Positions 35,701-47,400 of a DNA stretch of 64,000 nucleotides are shown piece by piece. Numbering within the stretch: the first letter of the stretch is position 1; each line of letters begins with the position of its first letter. The notes under the pieces were generated by a model. It saw only the letters and a program-made list of their open reading frames with translations, ran no database searches and was not told where the DNA came from. The stretch is from Rhizodiscina lignyota (taxonomy: Eukaryota), in contig ML978126.1 in assembly GCA_010015805.1 (NCBI GenBank), positions 1,612,001 to 1,676,000 on the forward strand, written 5' to 3'. The position numbers were made by a program, and so were the translations under genes.

Positions 35701-38700
35701 GTCGAAGGTGGCTGCTGAAGCGGAGATGGTGGAGAGAATGCAAGTTGCTCAACGGCTGGTGAAGGATGGAGACTCAGAGACTGTGGCAGGCACTGACAGG
35801 CTCAGCAAACCTAATGTGAAATGGTTCATTGTGATGAGGTAAAGTTGAATTGATGATGAGCCGGCCCGTGGCGTGCGGAAATACAGACAGATGTGTGATC
35901 TTGAGAATCGTTTGAAGAAGGAGGAAAAGGACGACAGATGGAAGATGCCAGAATATATAGCGTGCTCGCCAAGATAGATCAGTTCGTCATCACTCAAATC
36001 ACGCCATCCGAGACGTGTGAGGGAGGGCAGGCGCAATGTCCCAAGATTGCCAAATGTGCGACTGACTGCCTCGAAGCGTGGTTGAACTCACGCCCGAACT
36101 ACCTCCGCCGGAAGGACACCTCCATCTTCTGCTCTACTAGGCAGTGCCAACTGAGTATGCACGCCTCGATTATCTCAGTTGTAGCCGGTGATCAGGATCG
36201 AAGAGGTTCCAGCCTGCCTCCTCAAAGTAAATTGCGCATACAATACTTGCTCCACCGTGAAAGTCTCCACCCTCGTAGCTACTCTTCGTGGCTTTATGGT
36301 TTTGATCGGCTCTCGGGTTTGCCTGATCTGAGGCTCCCACTGCTGGGTCCTTCCCCGAAATGCAATTGTAGATCCCTGATGAAGTTGATGAGTGATGGTT
36401 CGCCAGTGTCCTAATTCGGGTAGAAGAGCCTGCGTCATCCTCTGCTTCAATGCTCCTCAAACAAAAATTGACTTCGAGACTCAGTATTCGTTCCCATCAT
36501 ACATTTCTCTCTCTATCGGGGTGATGTAGCAGGCTGCATCGCCCCTTCAAATCTCTTGCTTCTTTTCATTGCCACCCTATTCTTTTCGCTATTACTTTTC
36601 CTTTATTTCTCATTTGGTTCCACGATACACAAGCTGACGTTCCCTCGGTCTCATTCTGCCACCTGGGCATCAATGCCCACGCAGCAACAGGTGGTGGGAT
36701 GGGGCCGGAGAGTCATGGGGGACGTCTATTGCAACAACATTGTCGAAGGCAAGTCCTGTCCTTAGTTGTGGGTGTTTTTGCTTATAGGCTCAAGCAGAGA
36801 GCCTCCGCTGGCGGAGGGTTCCCTTCATAGCGCTGTAATTCATGTCCTACGAATCGACATCGAAACTCAGTCTTTCGCTCGCAACTCGGGCAAATTGGAC
36901 CAAAAATTATTTCTTCCCCCGACCCGACCAGTGTCTGCACCCTTTGGAGCAGCACTGCACCCCCGACGACCCTTGAAAATCCACTAGAGACAGTCAATAG
37001 CCAATATCACCGCCTGGCCCACAGCGGATCCGTTCGGCCTTCTCAGGCTTCCAGCTCTTTGCAGCGACACTCCGACCCAATGATATGTCCAGTCCGAATG
37101 TACTCCGGTACAATTTACACCATGCTACATTTGACTTGGACCGATTTTGCATTGGTCGCGTTCTTTTGCCGCTCTCGTCTGGGTGGACAGCGATATGAAA
37201 GGCCCGCCGAAGGTCAGTTCATCCGGCTTCTCTTTGACCATCACCGCTAACAGCAACACAGACTTCCTTCTCTTCAAAGCTCCTCAATCTCCAAATACTG
37301 CTTTATGTACCTTATAAGCATCTCCAATGCCTCCGACGGTCCCGAGGGAACTCAGCTCAAAGCACCATGCAACACTTCCAACAAACGAAGCACAGCACTT
37401 GAATACCTTCCCAGCGCCACCAACTGACCCGACGAGCTGTTGTGCAACATGCCAGTCTATTTCCAACGCGGCGGTATCCTCACCTCGAGCGAATCATCAT
37501 GTCCGGCGGCAATCGACACAAAACTCATATTGACACCCAACGACCTTTTACATTCGAGCCTTCAAATCATTTAGTTTCCCATGCTGCCCATAGCGAAGCA
37601 GCACACATGTCAATGACCGTCGCTCGCTGGACAGTTCAACAAGGTGCGGTTGCATAATTCTCCTCATCCAAAGCAACTACTGACGTGGCCCAGGAGCGAG
37701 CAAGGTTAACCAGTCTGGAAGTGCTGATGTGGATGGTATGATATAGTCGCACGAAGGATGATTTAGGAGGAGAGCTGTACAGGGCGGTCCTGTTGGCTTC
37801 GGTCTGACGGGAGAGGAGAGGTATGGTCGCGTCCAGAAGCAAACAACGGATGTCTGTGGAGGTGATGGAGCTGGATGTGCTCAGCATGACCACAAGGCAC
37901 ATGTACTTCTCAGGCAATGATACTTTCAACGTACATGAATGTCATGCTTCTTGCATTGAGCTGTCGCAAGCTGCTTCTTCCGTAATCCGCCCATTGCCCT
38001 CCAATCTTTGTTTTCCCCCAGTGCCACCAGTTCCGCTTGCAACAGCACAAAGAAGAAGGAAACAAAGCATGATTTGACTGTTGAAGGTCATCAGTGGGTC
38101 ATTGCTTATGCGCCCACATTGACTTTGACTAAGAACGATTAGAAGAAATGGCTTGAGTCTGCTCTTCAATCGCAGTCAGATTAAGCTATGCTCCATGCGC
38201 AACACCACAACCAGCGCGCTTTGCTGAATGTGTCCGTCGTGCAGCAAAATGCTCGCATTCTATCAAATTGATTGGCTGAATCGCTCCCAGCTGTTGCGCG
38301 CCGTTGGGCGAAGGATTCGAGTCCCAGCTGGCGACCGGGCCCTCGGGACTGTGTCTCAAATCCAGACCGAGGGACCGGTCGCAAACGGTTGTCCGCACAC
38401 CTTCAAAACAATACATCAGCTGATTAACATTAGCTACGAACGATATTAGCGCTTGCTGCCTTGCTTTAGTCGCTCATTGGTGTCCATCGACAGCAACATC
38501 GCAGAGCGACTTCAGAAACGGGCCATGGTGATTGATCCGGGCTTCTTTACCTTGTTCGGCACCTGCGCTTCTATTTTGGGACATCAATAAGAGCTTGTGG
38601 ATGTACAGTAAGCTCAAAAGGCTTCATATTTCATTGGACAAATACTAAGATTCACAGAGTTCTGTTCGACCTTCCCTCGCGCTCATTCGCATGAGCTGAC

Positions 38701-40205
38701 CGAGCTGCACCAGCCAGCTGCTCTCCTCCCTGGCCTCCTGATTGTTATCACAAAAGTATAGCCGGCAAATTTGGCTAGTTTTCATGCGCCTCACGTGGAT
38801 TGAGAACCCGTTGCAACAATGACTTTTATCCTTTACATGCTCTGGGAGACTGTCAATACCAATGGCGAAGCTTCTGTCAATGTTGGCAGCAGCAAGAAGA
38901 GCGAAGGTTCAATAAAGAGAAGCTCGCGAGAACAATAAATTCGTCTTGAAGGGCAGTGGGAATGAAGTCGACTTCGGGACACTCGCTTTCGGGCTGGTAT
39001 TACCGACCCTTCCGATTCCCAGCTGCGTATACTCGACAACGATTCGACTTTGCTATGTCTGTCTCCTTCTAGTACTTAGGCTTTCGTTTTTGTTCCCCAA
39101 TTGGAGGGCGGCTTGTCATTTATGCGGTTGAGGGAAAGCGAAAGCGAAAGCCCATCAGAGAAGCTCATCTGTGCCACCAACACCGTCCTCATTGTCAATC
39201 AAGCTCCATTCTAATATCTATTGCAGAGCTGCTTGCCGCTTTTAATCGTCGCCATGCCAATCCTCGCAATACCAAATACAGTAGCAGTTGACTGCGCCCA
39301 TGCTACGGGCAAGACTCCGTTGCCGCTGTTGTCATCTCGGAACAAATACTATTGCTGGGAGAGGGCGAGGAGGATGGAAGAGGCTTCTGGTATTAGGCAA
39401 GACCTTGGCCCTTTGGCTTTGGCATATTGGAGGTGGACTATATAGCGAACAATTGGTATTGTGCAGTAATTTGGTCTTGTTGCAATCGTTATTCAGCAAG
39501 CAAGGTCGCCGAGTATCTCGTAGCTTTAAATTCTTAAAGTAACCCAGTTGCCATAATTCATCAAGACTATGGCTCCGTTTTGAACCCTCCTTGTCTTCTG
39601 TCGCTGAGATAGTGTGCGAATGAGCCGATTCCTCTTGTGGTGGAGAGTCAGTAATCATTTTGCTAATGTCGCTTGCTTGGATTGAAACAGGTCATCTTCG
39701 ACATTCTTAGAGAATCTCAACTCTAGTAACCTCGCACTACTCTAAGATGCCATAGCAAACAAACTATACCACTTCCTAAAGAGTAGACATGACGGTGTGG
39801 GTTGGCTTAGTGGTCGGGTTGCGTGGTGGCTCAGCATCGGCTCAGCAGCTTGTGACGCCCGTAAGGCCCGTATTATTGCTTCCTCCACGGAATACGATAG
39901 AGTTTGAGCAGTTTTATTTTGTTTCATTCTAAACCAGCACAAAAAATTGATAGAGAGCCTAACAGGTACGTTTCCAATAGTATCTGATACGTTTGTCCGA
40001 CTAGGTATGGCACCATCGCGGACACAGCACAGCAAAGCGGCCATTCACAATTTATGACCAATCGGTGAGTTCCTTGATCCGCGGACGGCGCTCTAATCCT
40101 TGTTACTTAGGTGTTGATGGGCGCTTGGGCCCCTATGGCTCTGGGTATATATACTGAGCTATCCGCTTCCTCTTTTCCTTTCTTTCTTTAGATACATTTG
40201 ATATC

Positions 40206-40344
40206 TTGGAAGATGCTAAGAGAGCTTCACTTATTAACAGCTTCCCACTGTTTTTGAGTATCTGCATTTCCATAGATCAACAGGACAATATCTGACGTAC
40301 TCATCCAAAGCAATGATGTTGTATGTGAAGAATGTCCAACATTC
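40206..40344 (+). ncRNA. Candidate box H/ACA snoRNA
   Basis: Hairpin TGGAAGATGC...GCATTTCCA, H box AGATCA (40274-40279), hairpin GGACA...TGTCC with an internal loop, and ACA at 40339-40341. Upstream TATATATA (40146-40153) and a pyrimidine tract resemble the U2-like genes. The 5' end is approximate. Confidence 0.6.
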
Positions 40345-43300
40345 CTTCTCCTTTTAGTTTAATAGATATAGCTCAAATTGATATGAACATTATACTTTGC
40401 TCTCTTTCTGCTTTAATTTACTCTGCTGCTCAACCGTGACGCTTATTCCGCCTTGTTTGTTGCCTAGCATAGTATATGCCTGCAGCTCCAACTGCTGTAT
40501 GAATACCTCGCCTGGCTGTCTGTCTGCCTCCCGCCCTCTTTCTTTCTCTTCAACGCGATACAGCAAACTAAGGTTGTAGCAAGTCGCAAGGCAATCTGCG
40601 ATCAATTAGAACAAGATACTAAGATTGATCTATCCCTACACAATGCTTGCACTCGTGTAGCGGGGGTACGGATTTCATGATTTCATCAATGATGGTCGCA
40701 CTAGATTACTTATGCGTTATAGAATTGTGATGTGTCTCTATGTTTTCCCTTTGAGGCCTCATATGTAGATAGACTCCATTAAATGAATAGAACTACTTTT
40801 GTTTCTCGCCTCAGCCGTGCTACTAAACTGTCCCTGGCGCCTTATGCTGAATTGTGATTGCTTGGCCTCAGCTGAAGTTTGATGCGATCGAGTACTGAAG
40901 CCTTTGAAATAAACAGGTGGTACGGGGAATGTAATAGAGGTCAAGTCGTAGTCTCTTGCTCAAAGCCAGTCTTCGATGACATCCTGAGAGAACCATCGTA
41001 GATATAGATGATTCCTCTACTACATAGCTCTGCAGCCATCTGCATCTCTGGGTTGGTGGTGAGTATCCGGAACATAACAACCGTGGCGACATTCAAAGAA
41101 TATAAGACTGGATATAAGCTCGCTCGGCGCTTCAAGTATGATACCTGCCTAGTCGAGCAATAATTCGTACATACTACGCCTTGAGGCCTTATGCCTTTGT
41201 ATTTTTATTCCTAAAAACACCCCTATCCGTGGCCTGACTCTGCTCGCCTAGTCCAATCTCATGTTGTGATCGAGTGTGACGTTTAGCAACCCGAACACCA
41301 TCCTCAATGTCCACACTTCCGAAAGTCAACAAGCTCCCGCACCTCCTCTCTAATCTGTGAATTCTTTCTGTTACGTTGGAGCAGTCGGACGGTCTCGCGG
41401 TCTAGTCGAGTTCTCTTGATCCTCGAACCCACTCCCGTCGAGTCGAGCATGGCGCGCACTTCTTCATCAAGGTGATCACAAAAGACCTTCCGGGCGAATT
41501 AGAGGACTCCAGCACAAACTAATATGTTAACTAACTTGCATCAAGACGGAGGCGCGGTAGCCAACACCGTGTCCTCACAGGTCCACAAACCCAGTCGTTG
41601 ACGTCTTGAAGACACGAATACCTGGACAGAAAATCGATCAAACCTCCACCTTTTAAACTCGATTCCACCCGCAATCCTTTCTCTCCCTCGAACTTCAGGT
41701 CTACAGCCCTTAACCGCCGAAACGATTGCTTCAGTCCTCTCAAAGCCCAAGTGGTTGATAATACGGCGAAATACACGACAATGCGATACAGAACCTGCTT
41801 GTTCTCCCCCATCTGTCGCTCATCCATACGATTTCAGACCTCTCTCAGCAGCGGACAACAGACCTTCAACGAGACGAGTTGCTCTAGCAATCTTCCAGTC
41901 GAAGCATTGAAGTTCAGCACACGAAATTGCAGCGGATGTCTGTTCCGGCAGGGATTCGTGGGTGGAAAATGCACCATGGACAGAGATCCACGCGTGTGAG
42001 GGGTTGGAGGCCATTGACATGCGACATTTGCTAAATTTGATGAACTGAAAGGGCGACCGTGCCAAATCGGAGGACTCTCGTGGCTCGATCACACTGGGGA
42101 CAGGCTGACAGCAAAACATTGCATAAGCAGACCCTACGGTTAGCAAAGCTCTCAGATCTCGAGTACCTTCAAAGAATCGACTTCGACACGGCGAAAACAC
42201 GGAATCAAGTTGCAATCAACTGGCGACCTACTGTGGTGACACCAGTGGAGGCCGTCTCAGTGTTCAAGGGAGCGCCCGAATAGATACGACGAGGAAAGCA
42301 ATACTCAGGGTCATTTCTTATTCTTCGATCGTCCCTTGTGGGATTAAATCATCAACCCGACGACTAGCTCAGTTGATTCAAAGCGAGCCCCCTTTATCTG
42401 GCACCTAACAACTTCCAAGACTCTTGCTACAACTCAGAAGGAGGAACTGCAGGTACTCACAAAGACTCTGTCGAAAAGAGAGCAGGGGTCCGTGGCTTGG
42501 TATCCGAGAAACAATGACGGCTTTGCGTGCGCTCAGGGACTCTGGACGAGGCGCTGCTGGATCGCCGGATCTGGCGACGGCGATGGTTCTTACTCAAGAT
42601 GCACAAACACTTCAATCAGGGCCTCAAGAGTTGGGACCATCGTTACTGTAAGGTGATGCATGGTGGTCTCTGAGAAGCATGATCGAACAGTCTTGCAGGA
42701 AGCAAGGGCGGCCTTCCAGAAATATTCCCAATCCGGCACGACCGAGGCCAAAGTTGTGAAAGGGTTGACAGCACCACATTGTCCGGCGCATCATCAGGTC
42801 CATCCATCCTCAAGACATGCGATTGTTAAAGTCCTACGATAAAGTCCTTCGCTAAGACAACACCTCGAGTCCTCCTCCACACACGTCCTCTCTTTGAGCC
42901 TCGACACTATACATGACACCAGTTTGCGACTCCAATAAATGTGGCTGCGATCCCGTCATGTCATTTCCAACGTATACTGTTGAACTGGACAGTAATGGCT
43001 GAATTGGTTAGAACACCATGCGATTTGAGACAGAGGACTGAGGGGCTACGACCATGGGTGACGGGGTGCCCTCGGATAAAGGAGAGGGAAAGATACCTTG
43101 CAGCCAACCCTGAAAAGAAGGATATCTTAGCTATGGGCGTGAGAGATGGACACTATCAAAGTCATGGTCGAAGCGTCCTTGCAGCTCATCGAGAAGCGCA
43201 AATGCTGGCACCAAACATCGTCAAAGCCACCGAAACTAGCCAGGACGAGTTCAAACATGCGACACGCCTCTACCGTACAATACCTCACATGTAGTATACT

Positions 43301-44201
43301 CTCTTGCCAGCAAAACCAACAAAGCTCAAGATGGAGCAAGACGAGCGCGGCATTGAAGACTACCCACTACCCCACTGACAGTCAAAAGTCGCGAAATCCT
43401 GTCTCGTGTATCTTGTCCAGTCCCTTGACAGACCTTCAATCGCTCTGCGATCCTCTTCGGCACGTCCCTTCCGCAGTCCTCCTCGTCTCTGTCATACTGA
43501 CGGCAAATTGAGAACATTACGATCATTAAGGCAGAAACACTCTTCCCCAATCAAAAAAGAGCACGGAACACTAATCATGAGCTGGATGAAGCATAAGAAG
43601 CACTTGCAAAGAGATGGGGCACAATTCCAATGGCGACACCAAGTATACCATTCCATGCATTGCCAAATGCGACAGCACTGCCAACAGTGCTTCCAAACTT
43701 CTCAGAAACACAACGAACGACTCTGCGAAAGTCTCTTCAGTTGGATCAGACCAGTTCTTTCTGTGAGATGCTTCATGTACAGTCGAGACGTTTCGGCCGA
43801 ACATCAAAGAGATGCGGAGCGATAGACGTACGACGACAATCCACAACGAAAGTTGTCATCATATTCCGACTTCCAAATTCCTTCAACATAAGGCCGACTT
43901 CCTGTTTTTGTGATCCCCCGGAAACCGAACAGTGACCGCCAACCGAACCGCGCTTGAACTACAACTCGAAAGTCAGCTCTAAAGTCACGGCCGTGATGAC
44001 AGTCAATCTCATTTGAGACATTGCATCTGAAGACGCCTGCCAACAGACCGCAAAAGCATCTGAAAAGGAGCGATAAGCCGCCTGAGAACGGTCCCGTACC
44101 AACCCAGCCGAGGTGCCCAGCCAAGGAGTGAGAAGGTACCCGCAGTTGGACAGCTGCAGTTGGGAATCCGCTTCAGTGGTAACCAAGCTCTTCTGGCAGT
44201 T

Positions 44202-44450
44202 CCATCCGCCATTCGGATTACCCCATCTCCCCCACCCGTATCACCATGTTATACCATCCGCCATTCGGACTACCCCGTGTCCCCCACACCATATTCACCT
44301 GGAAGCCTGGAGCCTCCATGTCCCGCGCACTTATCAGCGGGACCCGTATCAAACCTGTATTCCATCCGCCATTCAGACTACCCCATCTCCCCCACACCTT
44401 ATTCACCTGGGAACTGGAGCTCCCATGTCCCGCACACCTGTCACCAGGGG
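44202..44450 (+). repeat. Imperfect tandem repeat (one 52-bp partial unit and two ~108-bp units)
   Basis: CCATCCGCCATTCRGAYTACCCCRTSTCCCCCAC starts at 44202, 44254 and 44362. The two long units translate as IRHSDYP(V/I)SPTPYSPG. Confidence 0.85.
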
Positions 44451-47400
44451 AGGGAAAGCGCAAAAACCCTCCGCTCGTTGTTGTACCAGGGGACGACGAA
44501 CAAAGAACTCGACTGGGAACAAGTTAGTGGCCTTGGTCGCCTTTTAAAGACATGCCCGGGTCCAAGCAAGAGTCGGAGGTGGAACAGCGAAAGGAACGAC
44601 AGATACGAGAGTGATAGAACAGCACCAGAGAGAGAGGAGATACGAGAATGATCGAATGTCGCAAGGAGACAGAAGATACAGGAATGACAAAACGGCCGAA
44701 AAAGACGGAAGGTACGAGAGTGCTTGGCCGCCTTTTAACGACATGCCCGGTTCCAATGAGTCGGACACAGCGCCGAGAACAAAGTCGAAGATGCGAGATG
44801 ATACGAGAGTGGTGACAAGGACGCTGTTTAAGGACTTGCCCGGGTCCATCAAAGCACGAAACGTTCGAGGGCCAAAGGCAATTGATAAGCAAGGACAATA
44901 TTCGAGAAAGGAGGCCGCAAAGCGCTGGCGACGAAGTTATGCATGTAGACATGACGCTGACGCGGAAGCCAATCGGTTCTGCTCGATTCAGTGTGCTTAT
45001 CTGTCGGTTGGAAAGAGTCTGATGGACTTTGGTGAAGATAGAAATGCAAGGAATTGAAGGCATTACACAGGAACAGGAATGCGCGACTGGAAGTATGAGA
45101 TACGAGAGGAATATCTTTGACTTCGACAACATACGAGAGACTCCGTGGCCGTCTCACACCATTTCAGAGCGCAAACAATCTATCGGTTGCAGAGGTCTTA
45201 CGGGGCTCCGCTATGAAGCCTTCCACTTGCGGGCAACGAGTTACCGGACGGGACCAAATATGGGCACGTATCCGACCATTCAATCTACCCTTGGGTCGCA
45301 CTTCCGGGCCGCCTTCAACGTGCGGGTGCCGACAGACAGCCACAACTGAGAAACGGCGAAGACATCGGTGGGAAATAATGAAATGGAAGAGATACGAAGC
45401 CGCAGCCGCATGAAGGAGACGATTGACAAGAGTTGACATACGAAGCCGCAGCCGAGCGCTGAACAGAACGAAAAATCGCAGAATGGGAGATGAGGATATA
45501 GTTTAACGACATTGCGGTCAAAGTCAAGCCAAAGGTCAGCAGAGACAAATGAAGTAGTTTACCGACGTTGCGGTCGCTCCGGCTATCACTTGCTCAATGA
45601 GAAAGATGTGGTGCTGCAGCATTGGAGATACGAGAGGAACTGTATGGCTTCAAAGAGACTATATACAGATCGAAGATGATGGAGAAAAGAGCGCCGGCGG
45701 CATGCTGCGAGGAATCGTAGAAGGGATGAGCCAATGTGAGCACTGGCGACGAAGAGCTATGTAATGTAACGCGATCGGCGAAGGGCGAATAAAGAAGAAT
45801 GGTGCAGTGGGACGAAAGCGCGCTGGCTGTATCCACGTTAGCAAGAGCCAGGCGATGACAACGGCAAGAAGGACTCACCAAGAAGCCTGACAGACAACGG
45901 CGACAAATTCAAACTCCCTTCGACCTCATTCTCCACATCCGCCGAACAATCCCCTCCTGTTACCACACTCAGCGTCGCCGACGCCATTGCAAATCTGTCT
46001 TCCACCTCTGGCTGACACTGCTTTGAAAATTTGTGCCTCCTTGGCTTGACCGACTCTCTCGACGACGATGAGCTCCTTCGTGCGGAGGCGAGCTGCCAGC
46101 TGCTAAACAAAGAGTGCGCTTGGATTCAGTCAACGACATTGCAGACAGTTGTTCCAAATGACGTCTGCAGGCTGTTAATTGCTGAAGCAGAGCAGTACAG
46201 GGATTTATCATAGCCAATACCGATGTTCTGGAGGAAGGACAGAACAGAAGAAGTCCAGTAAATGTTCCTGACATGGAAGTTGGAACGATAACTCCGCCAG
46301 CGACCAAGCGAAGCACTCGTGGAGAATACCACCAGACGCAACCCAGCTTGCCATCGGTACATGATGTCTGGTATTCGTTTCAGATGATCACCTCCAACAA
46401 AGCCCGTCTTGGCTAACTTAAATGAGTCCGAAGAGTCCGAATCGTTCCTTGCTGGAGTATGAGCCACATTCTTCGAACCCGCTGCAATTGTTGGGCGACA
46501 CTGGTGCTTGCTATTTCCTCCGAGGAAGCGTCGGCATTCTCGGTGTCTAGCCGGGCAGCTTGAACCGGTGCACCAAAGGACTTTCTTCCTTCGCCATGCC
46601 TCTTTGCCCTGTCCAGCGAGCCGCATTCCATGAATTTCTAGCTCATCATGAGGTCCGGTATCTAGCCGGACATATGTTATTAAGTGTTGCTATCCTTGCT
46701 TGCGAAGTTCGAGCTGGATTCAAGCCAGCAATGGAACCGAGAGCTTGAATCAGGGCGCCGAAATGGCTTTCTTCCTTCGCCATTCTCCCGGCGGCAAGGT
46801 CTTCTCGGTCACCGAAGCTGGCGCACCCAGTGACTCTGCTGAGTTGAGCTGATGTCGCCCTGGGTCGGGCCGTTCTCAACTTCCGACCCAAGATGAGCGG
46901 TACAGATGAATGGACGTTTCTAGGAAGGACAACGGAATCAGCTGTCGGAGTGACGATCGTGCCGCCCACATAGAGTGTGGGTCGTGGGTGCTTGGGCAGC
47001 GAGCACTTGGACACTTGACCAGTGGACCTTCCGATGGGACGATGGTGCTATCCTGAGGATTCTGGGACACTCCGTTCTGCATGCGCTGCGGGAGGTTCAG
47101 ATCGACGTTATTCTGAGGGAACATTGACCCATCGAACATTCCATTTGCGCCCGCCAATTGCTCGTTCAGAGTGATGAATATGCCGTCCTCACCGGAATGG
47201 CGCCGATATTGACGGATACGAGAGCGCAAGGAAGGAGCGATGCTGTAGTTTTGAAGGCTCAGGATAAGACTTAACAACCTTATCGTCGCTCTGGTGGGAT
47301 GCATTGGAGGGAGGAACCAAGGTGATTACGGTGTCTTTGCCACCGCAGTTCCTCTCTCTATGGTGCAACAAAGCAAGCTGCGCGCCATACCAACAGCCAA

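Noticed and set aside
38270..38340. TTCGAGTCCC as a tRNA T-loop
   Set aside because: No matching T-stem, acceptor stem or D-arm.
44537..44555. GCCTTTTA as U5 snRNA loop 1
   Set aside because: Lacks the full GCCUUUUAC, the long stem and the Sm site; it belongs to the PFKDMPGS-coding repeat.
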